From Deltaproteobacteria bacterium (GTDB lineage: Bacteria; Desulfobacterota; Binatia; HRBIN30; CADEER01), in assembly GCA_033764095.1 (NCBI GenBank), contig JANRJF010000244.1, positions 9,545 to 73,544 on the forward strand: a DNA stretch of 64,000 bases. Direction: 5' to 3'. A program made the position numbers and the translations under genes. The notes beneath the pieces are model-generated. The model made no database searches. It worked only from the letters and a program-made list of their open reading frames with translations, and had not been told where the DNA came from. Shown here one piece after another: positions 51,371 to 63,186 of this stretch (positions are counted from its first letter, which is position 1; each line of letters starts with the position of its first letter).

Positions 51371-51600
51371 ATGTGGGAGGCGTGCTACTCGACGACGCAT
51401 GAGTTCCAGGCGCACATCGTGAAGGGCTACCTCGAGCAGTTTGGCGTGCCGTGCCTGGTGCGCGGCGGCCGGCAGATGGGGCTCGGGCCGGTGCAACTGC
51501 TGGTGCGCGCCGACTTCGCCGAGGTGGCGCGCGGCCTGATCCGCGGCCGTGAGAATGAAACACCGGCGCCGCGCCGTCGCGTGGCGCGCTGGAGCGACGC

Positions 51601-51604
<4 letters not shown>
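51371..51604 (+). CDS. small protein (77 aa), possible DUF2007-like; translationally coupled to MCM large subunit
   Basis: RBS GGAGGCGGTG then ATG. Stop overlaps the mcm ATG (ATGA). Confidence 0.45.
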
Positions 51605-53235
<1,631 letters not shown>

Positions 53236-53244
53236 GACGGGGCC

Positions 53245-53649
53245 GTGTCCGACCGACGGCTACGCATCCTGATCGCCAAGCCGGGCCTCGACGGCCACGA
53301 CCGCGGCGCCAAGATCATCGCCCGCGCGCTGCGCGACGGCGGCTTCGAGGTCATCTACACCGGTCTGCATCAGACGCCGGAGATGATCGTCGAGGCGGCG
53401 CTGCAGGAGGACGTCGACGCGATCGGCCTCAGCATCCTGTCGGGCGCGCACATGACGCTGTTCCCGGCGATCATGGACATGCTGGCGCAGCGCGGCATCG
53501 GCGATCTGCCGCTGTTCGGCGGCGGCATCATCCCACCGGAGGACATCGCCGCGCTGAAGGAACGCGGCGTGCTGGAGATCTTCACCCCCGGCGCCAGCAC
53601 CGAGCAGATCATCGACTGGGCGCGCACGAGCTTGAAGCCGCGCGAGTGA
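53245..53649 (+). CDS. methylmalonyl-CoA mutase cobalamin-binding (C-terminal) subunit
   Basis: 134 aa. DxHxxG motif (LDGHDRGAK) of the B12-binding Rossmann domain. Confidence 0.9.
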   Translation: MSDRRLRILIAKPGLDGHDRGAKIIARALRDGGFEVIYTGLHQTPEMIVEAALQEDVDAIGLSILSGAHMTLFPAIMDMLAQRGIGDLPLFGGGIIPPEDIAALKERGVLEIFTPGASTEQIIDWARTSLKPRE

Positions 53650-53680
53650 GTCCTCCTCGCGCCACTTGTCGCGGGCGGGG

Positions 53681-53840
53681 TAACCACGGATTGCACGGAT
53701 ACATTGGACTTCACATTCCACGGATACTGCCTTCGACATCGTCTCTCTGCGTCTCTGTCTGTTCAGTCTGTGAGTTGAACCGTTTCAATCGCCCCATCCG
53801 TGTAATTGAGCTCCAATGTATCCGTGTAATCCGTGGTTCA
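53681..53840. repeat. second inverted-repeat element: about 50-bp near-identical arms with 10-bp-spaced ACGGAT units flanking an about 58-bp TCTCTG-rich centre
   Basis: Arm 1 is TAACCACGGATTGCACGGATACATTGGACTTCACATTCCACGGATACTGCC. The reverse complement of arm 2 is GAACCACGGATTACACGGATACATTGGAGCTCAATTACACGGATGGGGCG. It shares the AACCACGGAT start with the 51236 element. Confidence 0.7.
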
Positions 53841-53877
53841 GCGCGCCTCGCAAAGTACGCGCCGCGAGACTGAGCGC

Positions 53878-55044
53878 ATGACCTCGCCTGTCATCATCGC
53901 CGGCTCCGGCCCGGCCGGCGCCGCGACCGCAATCGCGCTCCACAAGCTCGATCCGGCGCTGGCGCGCGACGTGGTGGTACTGGAGAAGGCGCGGCATCCG
54001 CGTCCGAAGGTGTGCGCCGGCGGACTCATCCCGGCCGGCAAGCGCTGGATGGACGAGCACGACATCGGGTTGGCGGTGCCGCACGTGACCGTCCACCGTG
54101 CCCAGGTGGCAACGCCGCGCACGACGGTGGCGCACGACGATCGCGACCTGTGCTACGTCATCCGCCGCAACGAGCTCGACGCGGCGCTGGTCGATGCGTG
54201 CCGGGCGCGCGGCATCACGGTGCGCGAGGAGGAGCCGGTGCAGGCGCTGGAGCGTACGGGCGCCGGCGTGCGCGTGACCACGGCGCGTGACACCTACGAC
54301 GCGCCGTTGGTCATCGGCGCCGACGGCGCCGGCAGCCTGGTGCGGCGCCGGCTGGTCGACGACGGGCGCGAGCGCATCGCGCGCGCGATCATGGCCGACG
54401 TGCCGCTGGCGGAGACGCGTTGGGATGGCCGCGAGCGGGCGCGCTACGACTTCGACTTCCGCATCCTGCGCCGCGGTCTGCGCGGCTACCTGTGGGCGTT
54501 CCCGTGCCTGATCGGCGGCGTGCCGCATGTCAACATTGGCGCCTACGCCCTGGCGCCGGCCGGCGCCGCACTCGACGACGCACTCAGCGAGTACCTGGCT
54601 GAGCTCGGCGGCGGCGTGCCGCGCCGCGTCGCCTTCCCGATCCACTGGTACGGCGCAGGCGCGCGCATCGCCGCCGAGCGCGCCTGGCTGGTCGGCGACG
54701 CCGCCGGCGTCGATCCGTTGATGGGGGAGGGCATCTCGTTGGCGATGGAATACGGCGACCTCGCCGCGGCGGCGATCGTCGCGGCGCGACGCAGCGGCGA
54801 CTGGTCGCCGGCTGCCTATCAGCGCGCGCTGGAGCAGTCGTGGCTCGGCACCAAGCTGCGCCGCCTGCACCTGGCGACGCGGCTCTTCTACGGACCGAGC
54901 TCGCGCCTGTGGTTCGCGCTCGCCGAGCGCAGCCGCCGAGTGCGCGCGGTCGGCCTGCGCTGGTACAACGGCGTCGACGGCTGGGATCGGCGCAGCGGCT
55001 GGTCGGCGGTGGCGGCCGTGCTGACCAATCGGGTCGGCGCCTGA
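53878..55044 (+). CDS. FAD-dependent oxidoreductase (geranylgeranyl-reductase family)
   Basis: N-terminal VIIAGSGPAGAATA dinucleotide-binding motif. GADGAGS and GDAAG motifs. Confidence 0.8.
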   Translation: MTSPVIIAGSGPAGAATAIALHKLDPALARDVVVLEKARHPRPKVCAGGLIPAGKRWMDEHDIGLAVPHVTVHRAQVATPRTTVAHDDRDLCYVIRRNELDAALVDACRARGITVREEEPVQALERTGAGVRVTTARDTYDAPLVIGADGAGSLVRRRLVDDGRERIARAIMADVPLAETRWDGRERARYDFDFRILRRGLRGYLWAFPCLIGGVPHVNIGAYALAPAGAALDDALSEYLAELGGGVPRRVAFPIHWYGAGARIAAERAWLVGDAAGVDPLMGEGISLAMEYGDLAAAAIVAARRSGDWSPAAYQRALEQSWLGTKLRRLHLATRLFYGPSSRLWFALAERSRRVRAVGLRWYNGVDGWDRRSGWSAVAAVLTNRVGA

Positions 55045-55045
55045 G

Positions 55046-55336
55046 ATGGCCCGCCAGCGCTCGCAGGTCGAGGCGACGCCGGCGACGCGCCCGCGTGTGC
55101 CGCGCGCGCCGCGTGCCCCGCGCAAGCGGCGGCGTCCGACGCCGCGCGCTCGCCTGCGGCAGCGCAGCCGCGTCGTCGCGCTGTTGGTGGTCGGCCTGTT
55201 CGTCGCCGGCCTGGCGGTGATGGCGCTCTTCCAGGTGACGCGTCCGACCGAGCCGCAGCCGTTCCGCTTTCCGACCCCGCAAGCGGCGGCGCCCGGCAGC
55301 GCGGCGGCCGGTGGTGTGGCGCCGCCTGCGCGATGA
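55046..55336 (+). CDS. small basic protein with one TM/signal-like segment; possibly the frame-shifted N-terminus of the following gene
   Basis: RKRRRPTPRARLRQRSRVVALLVVGLFVAGLAVMALF. Overlaps the next gene by 26 nt in a different frame. Confidence 0.3.
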   Translation: MARQRSQVEATPATRPRVPRAPRAPRKRRRPTPRARLRQRSRVVALLVVGLFVAGLAVMALFQVTRPTEPQPFRFPTPQAAAPGSAAAGGVAPPAR

Positions 55337-56126
55337 CGCCGGGCGGTGGCTGGAGCTGCCCGCGTCGCCGCGCCGTATCGTCAGCCTGGTTCCGAGCGTC
55401 ACCGAGTTGATCTGCGGGCTCGGCGGCGCCGCCCGGCTGGTCGGCGTGACGCGCTTCTGCAGCGAGCCGCAGGAGGTGGTTGCGCGCCTGCCGCGCCTGG
55501 GCGGCACCAAGACACCGGCACGCGATGCGATCCTCGCGCTGCATCCGGATCTGGTGGTGCTGAACAGCGAGGAGAACCGGCGCGAGGATTTCGATGCGCT
55601 CGTCGCCGATGGCGTGCCGGTGTTCGTCAGCTTCGTGCGCACGGTCGAGGAGACGATCGCGTCGGTGGCGCGCCTCGGGACGGCGCTGGATCTCGACGCG
55701 GCGGCGAGCGGGCTGGCGGCGCGCATCGCGGCGGCACGACAGGCGGTCCTGGCGGCGGTGCCGCAGCGCGTGCGCGTCTTCTGTCCGATCTGGCGCAGGC
55801 CGTGGATGTCGTTCAACCGCGACACCTACTGCCATGACCTGTTGGCCTGTGCGGGCGGTGACAACCTCTGCGCCGCCGCCGCCGAGCGCTACCCGACGAT
55901 CGAGCTCGAGGCGATCGCGCCCCTGCAGCCGCAGGTGATCCTGCTGCCGGACGAGCCCTACCCGTTCGCGGCGCGACACCGGGCCGCGCTCGGTCCACTG
56001 CTCGACAGCCCGGCCGGGCGGTCGGGGCGAATCTACCTGGTCGATGGACGGGCGCTCTCCTGGTACGGCCTGCGCACGCCAGATGCCCTGCAGCGCTTTG
56101 CCGGCCTGCTCGGCCGGGCTGTCTGA
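55311..56126 (+). CDS. periplasmic-binding-protein fold (BtuF/TroA-like, cobalamin/siderophore/heme class) without its own signal peptide
   Basis: PRRIVSLVPSVTELICGLG…PDLVVL… matches the start of the mature BtuF-like family. GTG start. Confidence 0.65.
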   Translation: MVWRRLRDDAGRWLELPASPRRIVSLVPSVTELICGLGGAARLVGVTRFCSEPQEVVARLPRLGGTKTPARDAILALHPDLVVLNSEENRREDFDALVADGVPVFVSFVRTVEETIASVARLGTALDLDAAASGLAARIAAARQAVLAAVPQRVRVFCPIWRRPWMSFNRDTYCHDLLACAGGDNLCAAAAERYPTIELEAIAPLQPQVILLPDEPYPFAARHRAALGPLLDSPAGRSGRIYLVDGRALSWYGLRTPDALQRFAGLLGRAV

Positions 56127-56389
56127 GGGCCGAAATCGGGCGCCAATGCCTGGCAGGCGCGCCTTTGCCTCGCGCGACTGCAAGTCCCCGACGCCGCGCG
56201 GGCGGCTCCCGAGCCGCGCGCCTGCGGCAGCAGACGCCATTCCTCTGGGCACATGGCTTGCTCCGCGGAGTGCCGCAGGAAACGCGATTCACCGCATGGC
56301 TGGTGCCGGGGCAGGGACGCCGGCCAGCGGAGTGGGACTGGCGAACACAGGCGGAGGAGACGAACGGCGGCAGCCGCTCGAACGTACGC

Positions 56390-57154
<765 letters not shown>

Positions 57155-57223
57155 TCCCCGTCCCCACGCCCCACAAGAGGGGCAGGGCGGCCAGGCTACT
57201 CGGCCAGGGAGCCGGGCGACCGC

Positions 57224-57565
57224 TTACGCGCGGATCACCGCGCGCATCAGCAGGTGCACCAGCGCCAGCACGATCGCGCCGATGAATGCGGCGCCGAACC
57301 CGTTCACCACGAATCCCGACACCAGCTTCGACGCCAGCAGCAACACGATGGCGTTGACCACGAACAGGAACAGGCCGAGCGTCACGATGGTCAGCGGGAA
57401 GGTCACGATCTTCAGGATCAACCCGATCGTCGCGTTGAAGAATCCGACCACCAGCGCCGCCACCAGCGCGGTGCCGAAGCTCGCCACCTGGAAGCCCGAC
57501 ACCAGGTGCGCGACGATCATCAGGCTGAGCGCACTCAGCAGCCAATTGACCAGCAGGTACACCAT
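57224..57565 (-). CDS. DUF360 (phage-holin-like 4-TM) membrane protein
   Basis: 113 aa, four hydrophobic helices. RBS GAGGAGGG. Confidence 0.65.
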   Translation of the reverse strand: MVYLLVNWLLSALSLMIVAHLVSGFQVASFGTALVAALVVGFFNATIGLILKIVTFPLTIVTLGLFLFVVNAIVLLLASKLVSGFVVNGFGAAFIGAIVLALVHLLMRAVIRA

Positions 57566-57628
57566 CGTCTGCCCTCCTCAGTCCGCTGCCCGCGTGCCAC
57601 GCGCCGGCGCGTCACGCCCTCGAAAGAA

Positions 57629-57702
57629 GTGCCCCCGGCGCGATTCGAACGCACGGCCCCAGGATTAGGAATCCTGTGCTCTATCCACCTGAGCTACGGG
57701 GG
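57629..57702 (-). tRNA. tRNA-Arg (CCT)
   Basis: Reverse complement reads GCCCCCGTAGCTCAGGTGGATAGAGCACAGGATTCCTAATCCTGGGGCCGTGCGTTCGAATCGCGCCGGGGGCA. Confidence 0.85.
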
Positions 57703-57768
57703 CTTACAGGTCCCCGCGCACCTAGCTGAGCGGGCGGGGCGCGTCCAGGGTTGGGGGCGCGGCCGCGG

Positions 57769-58011
57769 TCAGCGGCCGCCCTTGCTGGTATGGATGCGAC
57801 GCCAGAGGCCGACGGCGTTGTTGATGCGGTTCGCCTCGGTGGCGTCGATGCGGCCGGCTTCGAGGTCGGCCATCACGGCTTCGCTGCAGGCCGCGGCCTC
57901 GGCGAGGTTGGCGAAGCCGGCTTCATGCAGGCGGCGGCTGCGCGCCATCTTTGCGTCAGACTTTGCGGTGGTTGGAGGGGTCGGTTTGGTCTTGCGGTTG
58001 GCTGCGCCCAT
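57769..58011 (-). CDS. hypothetical small protein (80 aa)
   Basis: RBS AGGAGCGACG then ATG; no domain. Confidence 0.35.
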   Translation of the reverse strand: MGAANRKTKPTPPTTAKSDAKMARSRRLHEAGFANLAEAAACSEAVMADLEAGRIDATEANRINNAVGLWRRIHTSKGGR

Positions 58012-58159
58012 CGTCGCTCCTGCCGAGCCGCGTTGGCCGCGACCCGGATTGGTTGAGCTTCGGCGACGGACAGCGGCGAGGCCAGCACCGAACCGAAGAA
58101 CACCAGGGAGGACTATAGCATGCCGGAGAGGCGGATGCGCGCCTGGTCGTGGGGCGGGC

Positions 58160-58366
58160 CTAGTCGGCGATCTCCGGGTACCGGGCGCGGAAGTAGGCCA
58201 GGGCGTAGGTCGGCGTGTTGAAGCGGCGGGCGCGATCGGATTCCCATGGCTCGACGGCGACCACCCGGTCGCTGAGCGGGTGCCAGCCGCCGAACCGCCA
58301 GCGCCCGTCGTCGTTGATCAGGGTGATCGCCATCTCCGTGCCGAGCCGCGCTGCGTGCACCTGCAT
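58160..58366 (-). CDS. hypothetical small protein (68 aa)
   Basis: Strong RBS AGGAGGAG 5 nt before ATG. Confidence 0.4.
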   Translation of the reverse strand: MQVHAARLGTEMAITLINDDGRWRFGGWHPLSDRVVAVEPWESDRARRFNTPTYALAYFRARYPEIAD

Positions 58367-58521
58367 GCCGTCTCCTCCTGCCCGGATTTTGCGGAGCGAA
58401 TCCCTGAGCGGGCGTCTACCCTGGAGGTGCGAGCGTGACCAGCATTTCCTGCGCTCAAAGGGGTAAATAATGTACGCATGCCCAGCCTACCCGCGGCGGC
58501 GCGGCGTGCTGGCGCGGTGGC

Positions 58522-60408
58522 TCACGGATAGATCAGCGTCGTACCCTTGGGGCGGAAGGGGAGGCTCTGCGACAGCTGCGCGTCGCCGACCTGCACGGTG
58601 AGGCTCATCTGCGGGTCGAGCGCGGTCATGCCGGTGAGGTTCGAGGCTTTGAGCTTGAAGGCGTAGATCGCCTGGTCGCCGCTCGGCTTGGCGGTGATGC
58701 GTACCGACCCCACCGCGGGGACATTGGCGCGTACCGTACCCTGCATCTTGCCGCTGCCGCTGGCGACCAGGGCGCCGGCGTCGACGGTGGCGGCGAGCAC
58801 GGTGCCCCGCGCCGAGGTGACGCTGACCACCACCGCGTCGCGCGACGGATCGAAGCTGGTGCCGGCGGGCAGGGCGAACTTGGCGGTGATCGACAGGCTG
58901 CTGCTGCGCGCCTTGGCGCTGGAGACCAGCAGGCCGACGCCGCTGGTGAACGACAGCTTGTGGTTGCGCGTCTTGGTTGAGTTGCCGGCGGTGTCGTAGG
59001 CATAGGCGCGCAACTTGTGCAGGCCGGAGCCGTAGTCGGCGGCGTCGAGCACGAAGCCATAGGGCGGGGTACTGGTGGTGGCGGCGAAGCGGCCATCGAC
59101 GTAGAGGTCGACGCGCGCGATGGCAACGTCGTCGGAGGCGGCGATGTCGACCGGAATCATGCCCGACACCAGGCTGTCCTTCGCCGGGCTGACGATGCCG
59201 ATCTCGGGATCGGCCACATCCTGCTTCGGCGCGCCATGCTGACCCGGTACCAACGCCGCGTAGGCGTCGGCGCGTCCGTGGCCGAAGTACGGGTCCCAGC
59301 CGGCGCTGCCGAGGTCGATGGTTCCCGCCTGCACCCGCGCGATCGCCTCGCTGCGCGACATGGTCGGGTTGGCGCCGAACAGCAGCGCGAACACGCCGGA
59401 GCCGAAGGCGGCGGCGGGCGAGGTGCCGCTCGAGCCGGCGTACTGGCCACCGAGCGTGGTCGTCACGACGTCGACGCCGGGAGCGGCGAAGCTCAGCCAG
59501 GAGCCGTAGTTCGAGAAGCTGGCGCGCAGATCGGCGTCGTTGATTGCGCCGACTGCGACCGCACCGTCGGCCGCGGCGGGATAGGCGGGGACGTCGTTGC
59601 CGCTGTTGCCCGACGCGGCGACCAGCACCACCTGGTTGGCGGTGGCGTAGTCGATCGCCGCCTGCAGCACGCTCGATGGTGCGCTGCCGGCGAGGCTGAG
59701 GTTGAGCACCCGGGCGCCGTGGTCGACCGCGTAGGTGATGCCGCTCGCCACCACGCTGTAGGGGCCGTTGCCCTGCGCGTCGAGTACCTTCACCGGCAGG
59801 ATCTGCGCCTGCGGCGCGACCCCGCTGATGCCGATGGCGTTGTTCTGGGTCGCGGCGATGATGCCGCTCATGCGCGTGCCGTGGCCGTGGTCGTCCGCCG
59901 GATCGTCGTCGTCGTTGAGGAAATCGTAGCCGGGCTGCAGGTGTCCGAGCAGGTCGGGATGGGTGCGCTCGACGCCGGTGTCGAGCACCGCGACGGTGAC
60001 GCCGGCGCCGCTGGACAGCGCCCAACTCGCCGGTGCGCCGACCCGCGCCAGTCCCCACTGCGACTGGAAGTAGAGGTCGTTGGCCTCGGCAACGTGCGCC
60101 AGGTAGTCGCGCTCGACGCTGCGGAACAGTCCGGACCGACGCAGCGTCGCTTCGATCGCCGCGAGGTCGGTATCGTCGGCCTCGAGCACGCTGGTATCGA
60201 GCTCGGCCACGCCGCCAAGGCGGCGCGCCCCGGCGGCGCGCAGCGCCTGGTCGAGCGCCCGCGCCGACAGGCCGGCGCGCTCGCGCACCACCAGCCTGCC
60301 GGCGAGGCGCTCGCTGCGCGGCGACGCGGCTTCACCCCCGGAAGCGAGCCCGCAGACCGCGACGCCGACACAGACGATCACTCGTAAACGTGCCCACCCC
60401 GTCATCAC
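58522..60408 (-). CDS. S8-family subtilisin-like serine protease with signal peptide, propeptide and C-terminal β-rich domains
   Basis: Catalytic Asp VAVLDTGV, His HGHGTRMSG, and Ser [11 protein letters not shown]. Confidence 0.85.
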   Translation of the reverse strand: MMTGWARLRVIVCVGVAVCGLASGGEAASPRSERLAGRLVVRERAGLSARALDQALRAAGARRLGGVAELDTSVLEADDTDLAAIEATLRRSGLFRSVERDYLAHVAEANDLYFQSQWGLARVGAPASWALSSGAGVTVAVLDTGVERTHPDLLGHLQPGYDFLNDDDDPADDHGHGTRMSGIIAATQNNAIGISGVAPQAQILPVKVLDAQGNGPYSVVASGITYAVDHGARVLNLSLAGSAPSSVLQAAIDYATANQVVLVAASGNSGNDVPAYPAAADGAVAVGAINDADLRASFSNYGSWLSFAAPGVDVVTTTLGGQYAGSSGTSPAAAFGSGVFALLFGANPTMSRSEAIARVQAGTIDLGSAGWDPYFGHGRADAYAALVPGQHGAPKQDVADPEIGIVSPAKDSLVSGMIPVDIAASDDVAIARVDLYVDGRFAATTSTPPYGFVLDAADYGSGLHKLRAYAYDTAGNSTKTRNHKLSFTSGVGLLVSSAKARSSSLSITAKFALPAGTSFDPSRDAVVVSVTSARGTVLAATVDAGALVASGSGKMQGTVRANVPAVGSVRITAKPSGDQAIYAFKLKASNLTGMTALDPQMSLTVQVGDAQLSQSLPFRPKGTTLIYP

Positions 60409-60590
60409 GGCGGCGACACATCGGCAATCGGCATGCCACGCGATCAGTGATCCCTCGTGCGAACGGACGAGTGCGTGGGGCCGGCTCGCGGCGTCGTGCG
60501 ACCAACGACATGGCGTCTGAAAAGTGGCGCCGGCCAGCCGCTGTCATCCCTGCCTGGCCGGCGCCGGCGTGGGCTGGTAGATCAACCCGC

Positions 60591-61745
60591 ATGCTGACGC
60601 GGAGCCAGTTGGACGCGCTGGAGGATCAGCTGCTGGCGCCCTGGGCGATGCGCGGCCGCGCCAGCCGCGGCCGCGTCCACGCCGAGGACGAGCATCCGTT
60701 CCGCACCGAGTTTCAGCGCGACCGCGACCGCATCATCCACAGCACCGCCTTCCGCCGCCTGGAGTACAAGACGCAGGTCTTCGTCAACCACGAGGGCGAC
60801 TATTATCGGACCCGCCTGACCCACACGATGGAGGCGGCGCAGATCACCCGCACGGTCGCCAAAGCCCTGCGGCTCAACAGTGATCTCGCCGAAGCGGTGG
60901 CGCTGGCGCACGACCTCGGGCACACGCCGTTCGGCCACGCCGGCGAGCGCGTGCTCAACCAGTTGATGGAGCCCTATGGCGGCTTCGAGCACAACGCGCA
61001 GAGTCTGCGCATCGTCGACGAACTGGAAGAGCGCTACGCCGACTTCCGCGGTCTCAACCTGACCTGGGAGCTGCGCTAGGGCATCGTCAAGCACACGCCG
61101 CCGTACGACAAGCCGCTGGCGGCGCAATTCGCGTCAGGGCAGGGGCCGTGCCTGGAGGCGCAGCTGGTCGACTACACCGACGAGGTCGCCTACAACAGCC
61201 ACGACATCGACGACGGCCTGAAGTCCGGCCTGCTCAGTTTCGAACAGCTCGACGGCGTCACCATCTGGCGCGACGCCTATCGCAGCGTGCGCGAGCGCCA
61301 TCGGGGCGCCAATCAGCGCATCTGGCGCTACCAGGCAATCCGGCTGATCATCGACCGCTTCGTCACCGACCTGATCGAGACCGTCGAACAGCGCCTGGCG
61401 AGCGAGCGCATCCGCAGCGTCGAGGATCTGCGCGCCTACGGCCGGCCGCTGGTCGGCCATAGCGAGGCGCTCGAGGCGCAGCGCCTGGAGCTCAAGCGCT
61501 TCCTCATGGACAACCTGTACCGCCACTACCGGGTCATGCGCATGGCCGAGAAAGCGCGCCGCATCATGGGCGAGCTGTTCGCGTCGTACCTCAGCGAGCC
61601 GCGCCAGCTGCCACCGCACATCCTCGCGCGCCAGGCGACCGGCGACACGCTGCCACGCGTGATCGCCGATTACATCGCCGGCATGACCGACCGCTACGTG
61701 CTCGAAGAGCACGCCAAGCTCTTCGATCCGTTCGAGAAGGGCTGA
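60591..61745 (+). pseudogene. dgt: dGTPase-like HD-domain triphosphohydrolase interrupted by an in-frame TAG (codon 163, nt 61077-61079)
   Basis: Frame 0 reads …LTWELR*GIVKHTPPYDKPL…YTDEVAYNSHDIDDGL… continuously except for the single amber codon. HD motif [11 protein letters not shown]. Confidence 0.6.
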
Positions 61746-61836
61746 AAAAAGGAGTCGGCCTTCAGCGCTCAGCCATCAGCATTGGCGGTGCCAGAATGTC
61801 CGATAAGATAGATTATGGTGCGTGACCCGGGGCCGG

Positions 61837-62493
61837 TCAGGACTGGAATTTGGTCTGCAGTAGATCGCGACCCGGCAGCTCCGGGAACTGGTCGTAGGCC
61901 TGGCGATACAGATCCTTGGCGCGTGCGGCGTCGCCGGACTGTTCGAGCGCGCGGGCTTCGCCGACGACGGCGTCGCCGGTATACGGGCCGCTCAGCGCCG
62001 CGGCGTCCTTGTACTTGGCCGCGGCATCCGCCCACTGCTGCTTCTTCTCCAGGGCGGCGCCCCAGACCAGCAGGCGCTGTTGCTGCAGGTAGACCGGCAG
62101 GCTGGCGACATCGGTGGCGGTGAGCACGGTGATCGCCTGGTCGGCCTGCCCTGCCTGGAGGGCGCTGTTGGCGGCGAGCAGCGAGGCCAGCGGGGCGACC
62201 GCCGTGCCCTGCCAGCGGGTCGCAACGTCGCTGAGCGCGGTGGCGGCCTCGCCGAACTTGTTGGCATCGAGCTGCGCCATGGCGCGGGCCAGGTCGGCGT
62301 TGGCGTCGCGCCGCTGCGCGCCGCGATACGCGCCGAGGATGGCGATGGCCGCGAGTACCACCACCGCGGTGACGCCGATCGCGATAGCGAGCTGCTGATG
62401 GGCGCGCGACCATTCGACCGCCTGGCCGGTAAGCGTCTGGACGACGTCCGGTCCTTTCATGTCCTTGCGCGTCAGGCGCACGTTATCCGCCAC
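61837..62493 (-). CDS. membrane-anchored TPR-like protein (YfgM-like)
   Basis: N-terminal TM (LAIAIGVTAVVVLAAIAILGAY) + helical Ala-rich repeats. Confidence 0.65.
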   Translation of the reverse strand: MADNVRLTRKDMKGPDVVQTLTGQAVEWSRAHQQLAIAIGVTAVVVLAAIAILGAYRGAQRRDANADLARAMAQLDANKFGEAATALSDVATRWQGTAVAPLASLLAANSALQAGQADQAITVLTATDVASLPVYLQQQRLLVWGAALEKKQQWADAAAKYKDAAALSGPYTGDAVVGEARALEQSGDAARAKDLYRQAYDQFPELPGRDLLQTKFQS

Positions 62494-62596
62494 GATCGTC
62501 TCCCCCTGTGGTGCGTGTGTCTGCTGTGAAAATGGCCGCGCCGCCCGAAGGCGGCGCGAGAACAGTCGATTCCGCGCGCGGGCGCGGAACGGGCTA

Positions 62597-63112
62597 TCAC
62601 ATCTTGTACTTGAAGTCGTCCGGCGACATCTTTTCGAGGATCTCGGACCACTTGTCGGGCGAAACGTTCGAGAGGTTGTTCTCGGCCGTGCTCTCGTTCT
62701 GCTGCAGGACGCTCGACGCCTCGAGCACCTTGCGGGCGACGTAGATCGGACTCTTCACCCGCAACGCCAGCGAGATGGCGTCGCTCGGCCGCGAGTCGAT
62801 GGCGCGTGCCGCGCCGGCGACGATCAGATGGATGACGGCGTAGTAGGTGTTCTCGCGCAGATCGGAGATCTCGATGCTCTCGACCGTGGCGCCGAGCTCG
62901 CCGATCAGGTTGCGCAGCAGGTCGTGCGTCATCGGGCGCGCCATCTGGATGCCCTCGAGCTCGGTGGCGATGGCGGTGGCTTCGAGCAGGCCGATCCAGA
63001 TCGGCAGGTTCAGCTTGTTGTCGTCGTCGCGCAGGACGACGATCGGCGTCTTGGTCGCGGGATCGAGCGTCAGCCCGCCCACGTTCATCGGAATCGCGTC
63101 CTCGCGGCTCAT
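62597..63112 (-). CDS. bifunctional-nuclease (BFN/DUF151) domain protein
   Basis: MSREDAIPMNVGGLTLDPATKTPIVVLRDDD…RPMTHDLL… matches the BFN domain. RBS AGGAGTG. Confidence 0.65.
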   Translation of the reverse strand: MSREDAIPMNVGGLTLDPATKTPIVVLRDDDNKLNLPIWIGLLEATAIATELEGIQMARPMTHDLLRNLIGELGATVESIEISDLRENTYYAVIHLIVAGAARAIDSRPSDAISLALRVKSPIYVARKVLEASSVLQQNESTAENNLSNVSPDKWSEILEKMSPDDFKYKM

Positions 63113-63186
63113 CCAGGCACTCCTGTGCGAATTGTGCCCAGAAAGGTCGCAGGCGGTCAACGCACTTTTCCGTGCGCTCAATGCGC

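Noticed and set aside
57160-57195. Hairpin CCCCGTCCCCACGCCCC…GGGGCAGGGCGG after the sigma-54 AAA+ gene as a terminator
   Set aside because: Only a 4-5 bp imperfect stem can be drawn. Not convincing.
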